Shown: positions 52,904-63,148 of the stretch, in pieces
How positions within the stretch are numbered: position 1 is the first letter of the stretch
How the letters are laid out: each line of letters opens with the position of its first letter
Source of the DNA: Glaciihabitans sp.
GTDB lineage: Bacteria > Actinomycetota > Actinomycetes > Actinomycetales > Microbacteriaceae
Assembly: GCA_025463785.1 (NCBI GenBank)
Contig: JAODBD010000003.1
Location: 525,287 to 589,286, forward strand
DNA: 64,000 nucleotides
Direction of reading: 5' to 3'
Translations under genes and position numbers: made by a program
The notes under the pieces: model-generated
Database searches by the model: none
Told to the model about the DNA's origin: nothing
Seen by the model: the letters and a program-made list of their open reading frames with translations, nothing else

Positions 52904-53920
52904 ATGAACACGCCCAAAACACTCGCCATCGTCGCAGCGTTCGCACTTACGCTCGGGGTGATCGCAGCGCCATCTGCCGCATTTGCGACCGCAACCGGTA
53001 CCGTCACGGTGCAGCTGGTGAAGCCGTCCGGAGCGAAGCTCGCCGTCGCAGGTATTGATGAAACCATGCTCTACCGCCACAACGGCACCGTCCTGTGGGC
53101 GCACTTCGCGGTCAGCGACGGTACGGGCAAGGCGACGTTTCCCGGCGCACCGGCCGGAGTACACCTCAATCTGAGCACGTCGAGTAACTCCACCTACCTT
53201 TCAGCCTCCAAGGGTGGCATCGTCGCTAAGGCAGGCAATTCGGTGTCGGTCAAGTTGTCGGTCGCCGTGGGCGCGACGATCGGTGGCATTCTCACGAAGA
53301 CGGGTGGGCTTCCGGTTCCCGGGGCAACTGTCGCGCTCTTCAACTCACACGGCAACCGCGTCGGTCTTGGTACGACGAGCGCCACCGGCGCCTACCAGAT
53401 CGCCCCGATCCGGAGCGGCAAATACAAGGTGCAGTTCAATTCGCGGGCGGTCACCAGTCTGTCGCCGGCCGCGACCAGCATGAGCTGGTCGTACTGGAAG
53501 AACAGCACGAGCTGGACGACAGCGACCTACGTGACGGTGAAGCAGCAGACGGCGTACGCTTCGGCATCCCATCCCGCCAGCATCAACGGCTTCGTCAGCG
53601 GCCAGTTCGTGCTCACAGTAGACGTGAACCTGACGGGTAACCACGGGTCGGCCGACGTGTTGTTCGTCAGCCAGCGCAAGGCGGAAAACTTCGTGACCAA
53701 GGTGGATGCCGCAGGCACGAGCTTTCAGTCGTACCTCAATGCGGGCAAGTATCGCATCGCGATCATCGGCGCCTACGATCCGATCGTTGGGGCATCCCCG
53801 GTCTACTGGTACCGCGGTGATTTGACCGGGCCGACCCTGAGCGAAAGCAAGGCGACCTGGGTCAGCTTTGGCGCAGCCAACAAGACCATCTACTTCGAGG
53901 ATCAGCCACCGACGTTCTGA
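52904..53920 (+). CDS. secreted protein with carboxypeptidase-regulatory-like beta-sandwich modules (small paralogue of the N-terminal parts of the giant proteins)
   Basis: Signal peptide MNTPKTLAIVAAFALTLGVIAAPSAAFA/TA. The module GGILTKTGGLPVPGATVALFNSHGNRVGLGTTSATGAYQIAPIRSGKYKVQF resembles those of the giant proteins. Confidence 0.75.
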   Translation: MNTPKTLAIVAAFALTLGVIAAPSAAFATATGTVTVQLVKPSGAKLAVAGIDETMLYRHNGTVLWAHFAVSDGTGKATFPGAPAGVHLNLSTSSNSTYLSASKGGIVAKAGNSVSVKLSVAVGATIGGILTKTGGLPVPGATVALFNSHGNRVGLGTTSATGAYQIAPIRSGKYKVQFNSRAVTSLSPAATSMSWSYWKNSTSWTTATYVTVKQQTAYASASHPASINGFVSGQFVLTVDVNLTGNHGSADVLFVSQRKAENFVTKVDAAGTSFQSYLNAGKYRIAIIGAYDPIVGASPVYWYRGDLTGPTLSESKATWVSFGAANKTIYFEDQPPTF

Positions 53921-54026
53921 CCCTCGGCGGGTCACTCGCCAATGTGATGGGTCGACCGGCGCCGCCCGCCGCGCGCCGCGCCGCGCGCCCGCCGCCCGCC
54001 GCCCGCCGCACCAGCGTGTGCGCGTA

Positions 54027-54080
54027 GGTTTGTCGTGAGCGCTGACGTGTGTACAGGCGCGCTCGCGGCGAAACACCGCG
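54027..54080. repeat. 54-nt direct repeat, left copy
   Basis: GGTTTGTCGTGAGCGCTGACGTGTGTACAGGCGCGCTCGCGGCGAAACACCGCG. 41 of 54 positions are identical, ungapped, to 55250-55303 (hand count). A C-rich tract (53958-54012) precedes it. Confidence 0.75.
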
Positions 54081-54196
54081 CCACTCACAACGGGACCCCG
54101 CTGCGCCAGTCCTCACCAGCGGAAGTCCGCAGTCATCCATCCCCAGTTCCCGCTGTTGGCATAACCCTGATCCGATTGATTCGGGATGCTGAATCC

Positions 54197-55168
54197 ATGC
54201 AGGATGCTCCGTATCAGGACTGGAGGGACGAGTTCGTTCTCGCCCGTGATGTGCGCTCGCGCGGTGGCCATGCCGAACTGGTGCAGGCCGTGCGCGCGCG
54301 GCGCCTGGTGCCGGTAATCCGGGGGGCGTATCGCCGAATCGACGCCGTGCGCCGGGCGATTGTCGCCGAACATCCCCGTGACGATGCCTTTCGCGCGAGA
54401 ATTCGCGCAGCGCACCTGCTCGCCAGCGCACCTCCGACCTTCGCAGGTTTCGCGGCGGCAGCGATCTGGCGATTGCCTATCCTGGGCGACTGGCCACCGA
54501 TGATCGACGTTCTCGTTGACCCGTCCACTGGTGGACGTTCGAACGCAACACTTCGACGCTCGTACGTTGGCTGGCCGGGGGAGTACGTGGAGGTTGACGG
54601 GCTGAGAGTCACTCCCCTGTCCCACACCGTCGTGGCGACGGCGCGCACCGCCTCGTTCGCGCAGGCGGTCGCGTTTGCCGATGCCGGGTTGCACGGAGCC
54701 GACCAGCGCGGGTCAATCCCTGCGCGAAAGCCCGTTACGCGCGCCGATCTCCTCACCCAGCTCACCCGGTTCGGCGGTGGCCGAGGGGTGCGAAAAGCTC
54801 GCGGGGCGCTGGACTTTGCGGATGGCGCATCGGGTTCTGCGGGCGAGTCGGCGAGCCGGGTTGGAATCCGGCTGCTCGGCATGCCAAAGCCGCAGTTGCA
54901 GGTTCCGTTCTCGGATGACCGCGGTCATATTGGCACCGTCGACTTCTGGTGGCCGGAGTTCAACCTCATCGGGGAGTTCGACGGCGAAGGCAAGTACCTT
55001 CGCGATGAGTTCACCCAGGGCAGGACGGCAGCCGAGGTCGTGATCGACGAGAAGAATCGCGAGAATCGACTGCGTGCCCTCGGGCCCTCGTTGACACGGT
55101 GGGACTGGCCCGTTGCGCGCTCCCTGATCCTGCTGCGGGCACACCTCGCGGCAGCAGGCCTGCGGTAA
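54197..55168 (+). CDS. wHTH + PD-(D/E)xK-fold (DUF559-related) protein, second family member
   Basis: Internal ATG at 54197 (MQDAPYQDW...). The N-terminus reads LVQAVRARRLVPVIRGAYRR and the C-terminus reads IGTVDFWWPEFNLIGEFDGEGKYL...EKNRENRLRALG (D...E.DG..K pattern). Confidence 0.7.
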   Translation: MQDAPYQDWRDEFVLARDVRSRGGHAELVQAVRARRLVPVIRGAYRRIDAVRRAIVAEHPRDDAFRARIRAAHLLASAPPTFAGFAAAAIWRLPILGDWPPMIDVLVDPSTGGRSNATLRRSYVGWPGEYVEVDGLRVTPLSHTVVATARTASFAQAVAFADAGLHGADQRGSIPARKPVTRADLLTQLTRFGGGRGVRKARGALDFADGASGSAGESASRVGIRLLGMPKPQLQVPFSDDRGHIGTVDFWWPEFNLIGEFDGEGKYLRDEFTQGRTAAEVVIDEKNRENRLRALGPSLTRWDWPVARSLILLRAHLAAAGLR

Positions 55169-55249
55169 CGCGCGCGGTGCCCGCCCGGCCGGGCCTGCCG
55201 GGCCTGCCGGACGGTGCCCGCCCGCGCGGGCACCCCCCGCTTGCGCGCA

Positions 55250-55303
55250 GGTTGGTCGCGGGGGCGGCGGTATATACATGGGCGCTCGCGACAAAACACC
55301 GCG
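55250..55303. repeat. 54-nt direct repeat, right copy
   Basis: GGTTGGTCGCGGGGGCGGCGGTATATACATGGGCGCTCGCGACAAAACACCGCG, followed by a G-rich tract and a duplicated CCGCGGCTCGCGGGA (about 55348-55400). Confidence 0.75.
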
Positions 55304-55424
55304 GCAGAGCCTTCGCGGCGGTGCGGCGCGGCGGCGCGTCCGTGGGCCCCGCGGCTCGCGGGACCTGCCACCCGCGGCTCGCGGGAGCCGCCAGCGCGCG
55401 CCGCGGCCAGCGCAGCCCGGGAGC

Positions 55425-57179
55425 TCAGTCTGCGATGTTGAGCAGCAGGTGCCCGGAGGACACCGTCGCACCCAGCGTCGCGTTGAGGGAGGTTACGACG
55501 CCGTCCTTGTGGGCGACGATGGGCTGCTCCATCTTCATGGCTTCAAGCACGAGCACCAGGTCTCCCTTGACGACCCGATCGCCCTCTGCGACGGCCAGCT
55601 TCACGATGGTCGCCTGCATGGGAGCCTTCAGCGAGTCGCCCGTGACCGTGCTGACAGTGCCGCCGCCGCGACGCTTGGGCGCAACTGCGTTGGCAATGCC
55701 GCCGGATGCCGGAAGCAGCTTCGAAGGAAGCGAGACAGCGATGCGCTTGCCCTCAACCTCAACCACGACTTTATGGCGGGGAGCGCCGCCGGCCGCGTCG
55801 TGTTCGAGCTCGCCACTCCACGGCTCGATGTCGTTCACGAACTCGGTTTCGATCCAGCGCGTGTACACGCGGAACGGCGACGAGGTGAACGCCGGGTCGC
55901 GCACGATCTTGCGGTGGAACGGCAGCACGGTGGGCAACCCGGTCACCTCGAATTCGTCGAGGGCGCGCCTGGAGCGTTCGAGGGCATCCTCGCGGGAGGA
56001 GCCGGTAACGATGAGTTTGGCGAGGAGCGAGTCGAAAGCTCCCGTGATGACGTCGCCTGTGGTGACGCCACTGTCAACGCGAACACCCGGGCCGCCGGGC
56101 AGACGCAGTGTATGGACGGGGCCGGGTGACGGCATGAAGTTCAGGCCGGCATCCTCACCGTTGATGCGAAATTCGAACGAGTGGCCGTGCGGTACGGGGT
56201 CGCCGTACTCGAGTACGCCGCCCTCAGCGATCCTGAACTGTTCGCGCACGAGATCGATGCCCGTCACTTCTTCAGACACGGGATGCTCGACCTGCAGCCG
56301 CGTGTTCACCTCGAGGAACGAGATGGTGCCATCTTTGGCGACCAGGAACTCGCAGGTGCCGGCGCCGACGTATCCGACCTCTTTCAGGATGGCCTTGGAT
56401 GAGGTGTACAGCGCGAGATTCTGCTCATCCGTCAGGAAGGGTGCCGGTGCCTCCTCCACAAGTTTCTGGTGCCGACGCTGCAGCGAGCAGTCGCGGGTGG
56501 AAATGACGACGACGTTGCCGTGCGAGTCCGCGAGGCACTGGGTCTCGACGTGGCGCGGCTGGTCGAGGTACTTCTCGACGAAGCACTCGCCGCGACCGAA
56601 AGCAGCGATCGCCTCACGGGTTGCCGACTCGAACAGTTCGGGGATCTCCTCGCGGGTGCGAGCGACCTTCAGGCCACGACCGCCGCCGCCAAACGCAGCC
56701 TTGATGGCGACGGGAAGCCCGTGGATGTCGACGAAGTCGAGCACCTCGTCGGCACCCGAGACGGGGTTGAGTGTGCCCGGTGCGAGTGGCGCCCCGACCT
56801 TTTCCGCGATGTGGCGTGCACTGACCTTGTCGCCGAGCTTCTCGATGGCGTCGGGCGACGGCCCGATCCAGATAATCCCCGCGTCGATAACCGCCTGGGC
56901 GAATTGGGCGTTCTCGGCAAGGAACCCGTAGCCCGGATGGATGGCGTCAGCGCCGGCCCTCCGAGCGACCGAGAGGATCTTGTCGATGACCAGATACGTC
57001 TCAGCCGATGTTGTGCCCTCGAGCGCATAGGCCTCGTCGGCGAGCTTGACGTGCCTGGCATCCCGATCCTGGTCGGCGTAGACGGCAACGGATGCAATGC
57101 CACTGTCGCGCGCGGCACGAATGACGCGCACCGCAATCTCTCCGCGATTGGCAATCAAGACCTTGGTGATGCGAGCCAT
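55425..57179 (-). CDS. acetyl-/propionyl-CoA carboxylase alpha subunit (biotin carboxylase + BCCP)
   Basis: 584 aa. [22 protein letters not shown], an ATP-grasp domain and a C-terminal biotinyl-lysine motif LEAMKME. Confidence 0.93.
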   Translation of the reverse strand: MARITKVLIANRGEIAVRVIRAARDSGIASVAVYADQDRDARHVKLADEAYALEGTTSAETYLVIDKILSVARRAGADAIHPGYGFLAENAQFAQAVIDAGIIWIGPSPDAIEKLGDKVSARHIAEKVGAPLAPGTLNPVSGADEVLDFVDIHGLPVAIKAAFGGGGRGLKVARTREEIPELFESATREAIAAFGRGECFVEKYLDQPRHVETQCLADSHGNVVVISTRDCSLQRRHQKLVEEAPAPFLTDEQNLALYTSSKAILKEVGYVGAGTCEFLVAKDGTISFLEVNTRLQVEHPVSEEVTGIDLVREQFRIAEGGVLEYGDPVPHGHSFEFRINGEDAGLNFMPSPGPVHTLRLPGGPGVRVDSGVTTGDVITGAFDSLLAKLIVTGSSREDALERSRRALDEFEVTGLPTVLPFHRKIVRDPAFTSSPFRVYTRWIETEFVNDIEPWSGELEHDAAGGAPRHKVVVEVEGKRIAVSLPSKLLPASGGIANAVAPKRRGGGTVSTVTGDSLKAPMQATIVKLAVAEGDRVVKGDLVLVLEAMKMEQPIVAHKDGVVTSLNATLGATVSSGHLLLNIAD

Positions 57180-57259
57180 AATTACCCCAGCCTATTGGGC
57201 GGCCCGCACGGTTCTTTTGTCCAGAGGCGACAAAACGGATGCCACAACCCGGACGATGC

Positions 57260-57892
57260 CTACAACCCGCGATTCCAAAGGTCTGGCCAGCTCACCCCGA
57301 ACTCGAGCAGAAGCTCACGTGTGAGTGCAAGCGAGAGCCCGACGACCGCGTGCGGATCGCCGCGAATTTCGGCGATAAACGCGCCGCCAAGACTATCGAT
57401 GGTGAAGGCGCCAGCGACCTCAAGCGGTTCGCCGGTTGCAACATACGCATCGATCTCGTCGTCGCTGATGTCTGCGGCAAATCGCACTGTCGCGGTAGAA
57501 ACGCCGCCCGTCGCGCCGCCGATCCTGCCGCCCCTGTGGTCGATCAGCCAGTGCCCCGAGTGCAGCTCACCCTCGCGTCCGCGCTGCGCCAGCCAGCGTT
57601 CGCGGGCGACGGCGGGCAGGTGCGGTTTGCCGTAAACGATTCCGTCGATGTCGAACGCGGAGTCCCCGCCCAGGATGAAGCCGTCGATCTGCTTACCGTC
57701 AACGATCTGCCCGGTCACTGCCTCGGCTTTGAGGCGTGCGAGCAGGAGGACCATCTCGCGGCCGGTCAGCGGCCCGGCGGCTTGCACTGCGGCATCCTCG
57801 TCCACTCCGCTGGCCAGCAGGATCGGCTCGATGCCCGCAGCACGCAGTGTCGCGAGACGTGCGGGCGACGTGGAGGCCAGATAGAGGCGCAC
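57260..57892 (-). CDS. maf: Maf family nucleoside-triphosphate pyrophosphatase
   Basis: 210 aa. LYLASTSPARLATL ... GAFTIDSLGGAFI. Confidence 0.9.
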   Translation of the reverse strand: MRLYLASTSPARLATLRAAGIEPILLASGVDEDAAVQAAGPLTGREMVLLLARLKAEAVTGQIVDGKQIDGFILGGDSAFDIDGIVYGKPHLPAVARERWLAQRGREGELHSGHWLIDHRGGRIGGATGGVSTATVRFAADISDDEIDAYVATGEPLEVAGAFTIDSLGGAFIAEIRGDPHAVVGLSLALTRELLLEFGVSWPDLWNRGL

Positions 57893-57901
57893 GGTGCTCC
57901 T

Positions 57902-59152
57902 ATGCTCGGTGTGTGGGTGATACGCGTGGGTGAAATGCTGGGGCAGGAACTAGAACTCGAGGTTACCAACGTCGCACATGGCGGAATCTCTGTCGCCCGC
58001 ACCGACGGTCGCGTTGTCTTCGTCAGCGACGCCATCCCGGGGGAGCGCGTCGTTGCGCGCATCACCGAGGATTCGAAGAAGTCGTTCTGGCGGGCGGAAA
58101 CCGTTCGGGTCATCACGCCGAGCGAGCACAGGCAGCCCCACATCTGGTCGGCCGCGAGCATCGACCGTGCTCCGGAAGACCGCGCGGGCGGCGCCGAGTT
58201 CGGCCACATCGAGATCGGTCACCAGCGCGAACTCAAGCGCCAGGTACTCACCGACTCCCTCAAGCGCATGGCCGGGGTCGACGCCGACGTCACCGTCGAA
58301 GCTCTGCCGGGCAACGCAGACGGCACGGGATGGCGCACCCGCGTGCGCCTGCACGTCGACGAAAGCGGGCGGCCGGGTCCATTCGCCGCCAGGAGCCACC
58401 GCGTAATCGAGGTGCGCGACCTGCCGCTCGCGACCGCAGCCCTGCAGGAGGTTGCGCCGCTCGGCGACCTGTTCCCCGGCGAGGAGCACATCGACGTGCT
58501 CGACCCGTCGACCGGCGGCGCTCGCCTGATCGTTGGCAGGCAGAAGTCGATGCCGATTCGCGAGCGGGTCGGCGATCGCGAGTTCCGTCTCGACGACGAT
58601 GGATTCTGGCAGGTTCACACTCATGCCGCGGAGACGCTGAGCCGAGCGGTGCAGGATGCCATCGACGAAGCGCTGTTCGACCCCCGCGCGCACAACCTCG
58701 ATCTCTACGGAGGAGTAGGGCTGCTCGCCGCCGCGGTGGGCGACCGCTTCGGAGAAACCACGCGAATCACGAGCGTGGAGAGCGACCCGCGAGCGACCGA
58801 GTATGCCGGCGAAAACCTGAGCGAGTGGGTCGGCGCGAGAGCCGAGACGGGCCGGGTCGAGCGCTGGGTGGCTGCCCTTGCCGCATCTGCTGGCGCAGGT
58901 GAGAAGGCACGCCTGCGTGAGGCGACCGTGGTGCTCGACCCGCCGCGTTCGGGCGCCGGTAAGGAGGTCGTCAATGCGCTCGCCGGCCTGCAGCCCGCCC
59001 AGCTCATCTACGTTGCCTGCGATCCTGTCGCGCTGGCTCGGGATGTCGGACTCCTCCAGGAGCGCGGCTATCACCTCGACCGTCTTCGCGCGTTCGACCT
59101 CTTCCCGAACACGCACCATGTCGAAGCAGTCGCGAGGCTGGTTAGGGCTTAA
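57902..59152 (+). CDS. TRAM-domain class I SAM-dependent RNA (uracil-5)-methyltransferase (TrmA/RlmD family)
   Basis: The TRAM region reads ELELEVTNVAHGGISVARTDGRVVFVSDAIPGERV and the C-terminus reads VLDPPRSGAG...IYVACDP. The start is either ATG 57902 or ATG 57935. Confidence 0.85.
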   Translation: MLGVWVIRVGEMLGQELELEVTNVAHGGISVARTDGRVVFVSDAIPGERVVARITEDSKKSFWRAETVRVITPSEHRQPHIWSAASIDRAPEDRAGGAEFGHIEIGHQRELKRQVLTDSLKRMAGVDADVTVEALPGNADGTGWRTRVRLHVDESGRPGPFAARSHRVIEVRDLPLATAALQEVAPLGDLFPGEEHIDVLDPSTGGARLIVGRQKSMPIRERVGDREFRLDDDGFWQVHTHAAETLSRAVQDAIDEALFDPRAHNLDLYGGVGLLAAAVGDRFGETTRITSVESDPRATEYAGENLSEWVGARAETGRVERWVAALAASAGAGEKARLREATVVLDPPRSGAGKEVVNALAGLQPAQLIYVACDPVALARDVGLLQERGYHLDRLRAFDLFPNTHHVEAVARLVRA

Positions 59153-59174
59153 GCGGGCAGGCAGCAGCAAGCAC

Positions 59175-61082
59175 CTACCAGCTGCCACCACCGCCCCCTC
59201 CGCCGCCTCCGCCACTGAACCCACCGCCTCCTCCGAAGCTCGAGAAGCCCGTGCCACCGCCTGAGCTGACGGTCGCAGGCGACGAACTCATGGCCGCATT
59301 GGCGACCGCGCTGAAGCTCGACACCGCTGCCCCGATCGACGAGATGGCAGCGATCGAGTTAATCGCGTTCAGGGTGGCAAAGTTGCCGACGTACCAATCG
59401 GGCGTCGCGGTGTAGGACCCCTTCTCGGCGAGGCTGGCAAATACCCTTGCCCAGTGCTCCGCCTGACCGAAGGCGATGGCCCATGGCATGTACCGGCTGA
59501 AGACATCCGTACCCTCTTCGAACCGAATCTGGTCGGCCTCGGCGGCCCCGATATACATCCTGAAGCCTTCGAGCTGGATGAAGATGGCGTGCCCGAGCGC
59601 ACTGCGCCGCACCGCGCGCTGTCCCTGCGCGAGCGCAATGACGGCGCCAATGAACGCCCCGACCGGGATGAATGCCCAGGCTTTGTCGACGAAGAACATC
59701 CCGATGAAGACGGCTATGGAGAGCGCGATGGTCCAACCGAGGACCGGATGCGACCGGTGCAGCCTGTCGGCGAAATACTTGCCGGCATCGACCCAGGAGT
59801 CGATTGCCGCCTTGATAACCGTGAGGTTGGTCGAAAACGTGTTGTTCAGCGCCGAAAGCGTGACCGACTTGCGGCCGCCGGCGAAGAGTTTGTCGAGCAG
59901 CAGGGTCTCGTGGGCGAACAGTTTGGGGTCGCTCACCTTGACCAGCTCGGGCGTTGCGACCAGGTTGTAGTCCTTGGCCTTGCGCTTCGCGACGTCACCG
60001 ATCTCTTCGATGCGCAGGTGATGGCGCACGGCGAGGTCGATGAGCGTCGCCGTGATGTCCACCGTCCTGCGTTGCTTTGTCAGCAGCAGATTCGCGGCGC
60101 CGACGGGGAAGCCCGCCGGCGGCTGGTATTCGACGACGAGCGTCTCGTGCATGGGCGCCGTACCGACCGGAGCATTCGCGTGGTCCACCGGAACCGTGCC
60201 GGGCGTCGCGACCGTGAACTCGAGGTCGCGCCGACGGGTCGTCACCAGCAGCAGGTAGCCGAGCGGGATGAGGACGAGCAGCGCGAGCCCCGTTCCCCAG
60301 TTCCACGGAGTCCAGAACGGGTCGGGTCCATCGTTCGATCCCGCGTACCGGACGGGGGCATCCGCGGGCAGATGGGCGGCCAAAATCGGGGCGGTCTGCG
60401 AGAAGGTACCAGCGGGCCAGCCGGCGTCGACCGTGAGACCCTGGCCTGCCGGCACGAACCCTGTCGCGAATCTCGCACCGGAACCATCGGCGCTCTGCGT
60501 CGGGCACAGTGCGGTCGAACCGGGAGCCCCCTGGTAGCAGGCCGTGAGCGAGGGGCTCGATGGGCTGTGGATCGCCACGGTGATCTTGTTCATGCCTACG
60601 GGCCAGTCGTAGCCGGTGACATTCCAGTAGAACTCGTCAAGCGTCGAACCATCGGTCTGCTTGGTTGCATTCAGTGCGCCGCGGATGTCGTAGCTGATCA
60701 CATAGGTCTGCTTGCCCATGAGCGTGGCATTCGCATTTCCCACTTTGATCTCGACGCTGCTCTGCGTCGCGGTCGAAAACAGCGCGGAAGCGCCGCTTGG
60801 ACTCGTCACCTGGATGTTCGTGTAGTCGTAGATGCGGTCCTGGCCGTGCGGCCCAGGAAAGTGCGAATAGAGGTACCGGAAGATGCCGTGCTTGCCCGAC
60901 TCCCCGGCAAAATCGTAGTGAATCGTCTCGACCGTGTGGATGACGCCGCTCGGCGCAATCGTGTAGTCGACGGCGAACGAATCGATGTGTTCGGTGTCGC
61001 CAGCGTATTGCGCCGAGCACCCGGCGAGGCTGAGCGCGAGTCCAGTGAGTACGACGGCTGAGAACGCGACCCTGGAGCGCAT
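59175..61082 (-). CDS. DUF2207 domain membrane protein
   Basis: 635 aa with a lipoprotein-like N-terminus (LSLAGCSA), an extracytoplasmic domain, three TM helices and a Gly-rich tail GGGTGFSSFGGGGGFSGGGGGGGGGGSW typical of DUF2207. Confidence 0.8.
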   Translation of the reverse strand: MRSRVAFSAVVLTGLALSLAGCSAQYAGDTEHIDSFAVDYTIAPSGVIHTVETIHYDFAGESGKHGIFRYLYSHFPGPHGQDRIYDYTNIQVTSPSGASALFSTATQSSVEIKVGNANATLMGKQTYVISYDIRGALNATKQTDGSTLDEFYWNVTGYDWPVGMNKITVAIHSPSSPSLTACYQGAPGSTALCPTQSADGSGARFATGFVPAGQGLTVDAGWPAGTFSQTAPILAAHLPADAPVRYAGSNDGPDPFWTPWNWGTGLALLVLIPLGYLLLVTTRRRDLEFTVATPGTVPVDHANAPVGTAPMHETLVVEYQPPAGFPVGAANLLLTKQRRTVDITATLIDLAVRHHLRIEEIGDVAKRKAKDYNLVATPELVKVSDPKLFAHETLLLDKLFAGGRKSVTLSALNNTFSTNLTVIKAAIDSWVDAGKYFADRLHRSHPVLGWTIALSIAVFIGMFFVDKAWAFIPVGAFIGAVIALAQGQRAVRRSALGHAIFIQLEGFRMYIGAAEADQIRFEEGTDVFSRYMPWAIAFGQAEHWARVFASLAEKGSYTATPDWYVGNFATLNAINSIAAISSIGAAVSSFSAVANAAMSSSPATVSSGGGTGFSSFGGGGGFSGGGGGGGGGGSW

Positions 61083-61185
61083 GTGCAGACTCTATCGGTC
61101 GCTAACGGCCCGCGACACCGCATTCCCGTTACCATGGATTCGGCGGCGGCTGGTGCCCATCGCTCAGGAAAGCAGGGGAACGAGC

Positions 61186-61890
61186 ATGGTGCAGACAACG
61201 TGGCACGAGGCAGATACCGATCTGCGGCCGAGCGGCGTGCGAGTCGCCGTGGTTGACGACCACGAATCCGTGCGTCTCGGGCTCAAGGCCGCCTTCCTGG
61301 ATGAGGGCTACGACTTCGTTCTTGCGGCGGCAACGGTCAACGAGCTCATAGCCGAGCTGAAGGGTCGTGAGGTCGATGTCGTCGTGCTCGACCTGTCACT
61401 CGGCGACGGTTCGACCGTGACCGATAACGTCAAGCGCGTGCAGGCCATCGGCTCTGCCGTGCTCGTGCACAGCATCGCGGATCGAGTTGCCAGTGTGCGC
61501 GAGGCTCTGGCCGCTGGGGCCGCCGGCGTCATCCCGAAATCGTCTGCGACGAAGACCGTTCTGCAGGCCGCAGCAACTGTGGCCCGTGGTGAGGTGCTCA
61601 ATAACCTCGAGTGGGCTACGGCCATCGACGCGGACCGTGACTTTTCGAAAGCCCAACTCGGTCGTCGCGAGCGAGAGATTCTCCACCTGTACGCGTCCGG
61701 GCTACCCCTCAAACTTGCGGCGGAGCAGCTGGGCATCGGGTATTCGACCGCACGCGAGTACTTGGACCGCATCCGTGTGAAGTACGTCGAAGTGGGTCGC
61801 CCGGCGCCGACCAAGGTCGATCTCCTGCGCCGAGCCGTTGAAGACGGCATCCTGCCCGGCCTCGATCCGGATGGCGGGGATGCCCTCTAA
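61186..61890 (+). CDS. LuxR/NarL-family response regulator
   Basis: The REC domain has VVDDHE, VVVLDLSLGDG and IPKS. The C-terminal LuxR HTH reads REREILHLYASGLPLKLAAEQLGIGYSTAREY. Confidence 0.88.
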   Translation: MVQTTWHEADTDLRPSGVRVAVVDDHESVRLGLKAAFLDEGYDFVLAAATVNELIAELKGREVDVVVLDLSLGDGSTVTDNVKRVQAIGSAVLVHSIADRVASVREALAAGAAGVIPKSSATKTVLQAAATVARGEVLNNLEWATAIDADRDFSKAQLGRREREILHLYASGLPLKLAAEQLGIGYSTAREYLDRIRVKYVEVGRPAPTKVDLLRRAVEDGILPGLDPDGGDAL

Positions 61891-63148
61891 CACTGCGCCG
61901 AGGAGCGCGCCCCAGCCGAAGCAGCCGCGCAACCCGATCAGCCTCAAACAGGTTGAGACGATCCTCTCGCGCTCCGTCGCAGTTGTCGGCTTCGTGTTTG
62001 GCGCGCAGACGATTCCACCCCTGCTCGGTCAGATCAAGGATGCCGACCCGATTTGGGCCGTCGTGATCGTCGTCGCCCTGTTTGGCAGCGTCATCGTCGC
62101 CCTGGTGTTTTCATTCCTTCGCCGGTTCGTCAAGATCGGGCATGGGCTTGTCGCTTCGGTCTACGTGCTCGCCCTGATTTCCTGGCCGTTCGCTATTCAT
62201 AACGTCCAGCCGCATCCGATCGACAACTACTGGCTGTACTTCCTGCTCACCGTCGGCACATCTACGGCCGGCATCGCCTTCTCCACCCGCGTCGCATCCA
62301 TCTATCTCTTCGCGGTCCCGGTCGTCTACGGCATCATCAGGATGACACCCCCGGGCGGCAGTGAGAGCCCCCAGCATGCGGCACTCGACTCGATCTACGC
62401 GATCATCCTCGGCGGTGCGGTCAATATCGTCATCACGATGCTCAGGGCCGCAGCACGCAACGTCGACAACGCCCAGAGCACGGCACTCGAACGCTACGGA
62501 CACGCGGTACGCCATCACGCCACCGAGGTCGAGCGCGTGCAGGTCGACTCGATCGTGCACGACAGCGTTCTGACCACCCTCATCTCGGCGGCGCGCGCCT
62601 ACTCTCCCGAAGCGATGGAACTCGCGGCCGTGATGGCAGGCAACGCGATCGGGCACCTGCACGACGCGGCGCTCATGCAGCCGGACGACGGCACGATGGT
62701 GCGCCTGCGTGCCGTTGCCAAACGCATTGCGGATGCCGCCAACGGGATGTCGCCGCCCTTCCAGATTCGCAGCAGCGACGTCGGTTCTCGTTCCATCCCG
62801 GTGAGCGCGAGTGAGGCCGTGTATTCGGCCGCGGTCCAGGCGATGGTCAACAGCATCCAGCATGCCGGGGATTCGCCCAATATCGAGCGCTGGATTTCGA
62901 TGAAGAGTGTTCGCCCTGGCGGCATCGAGGTGGTGATCGGTGACACCGGTCGGGGCTTCACCGCCGCCGCCGTGCCGACCGAGCGCCTGGGCGTTCGCAT
63001 CTCGATTATCGAGCGCGTTACCAATGCCGGCGGCTCTGCCGCAATTGATTCGTCGCCCGGCGAGGGTGCCCGCGTCGTGGTGCGCTGGCCCATTGCACCT
63101 GGCGCCGCCGATCAGGTGCTGATCACGAGGGACGAGGCTTCGCGATGA
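61880..63148 (+). CDS. sensor histidine kinase (polytopic N-terminus, HisKA_3-like H-box, HATPase_c)
   Basis: The ATG at 61880 overlaps the response regulator's 3' end. The H-box is VQVDSIVHDSVLTTL and the ATPase G-boxes are IGDTGRGF...GGSAAIDSSPGEGARV. Confidence 0.8.
   Translation: MPSNTAPRSAPQPKQPRNPISLKQVETILSRSVAVVGFVFGAQTIPPLLGQIKDADPIWAVVIVVALFGSVIVALVFSFLRRFVKIGHGLVASVYVLALISWPFAIHNVQPHPIDNYWLYFLLTVGTSTAGIAFSTRVASIYLFAVPVVYGIIRMTPPGGSESPQHAALDSIYAIILGGAVNIVITMLRAAARNVDNAQSTALERYGHAVRHHATEVERVQVDSIVHDSVLTTLISAARAYSPEAMELAAVMAGNAIGHLHDAALMQPDDGTMVRLRAVAKRIADAANGMSPPFQIRSSDVGSRSIPVSASEAVYSAAVQAMVNSIQHAGDSPNIERWISMKSVRPGGIEVVIGDTGRGFTAAAVPTERLGVRISIIERVTNAGGSAAIDSSPGEGARVVVRWPIAPGAADQVLITRDEASR

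Noticed and set aside
53918-53934. The hairpin TGACCC-TCGGC-GGGTCA overlapping the 52904-53920 stop codon, as an intrinsic terminator.
   Set aside because: The stem is only 6 bp, there is no U-tract, and GC-rich low-complexity sequence follows. This is too weak to annotate.
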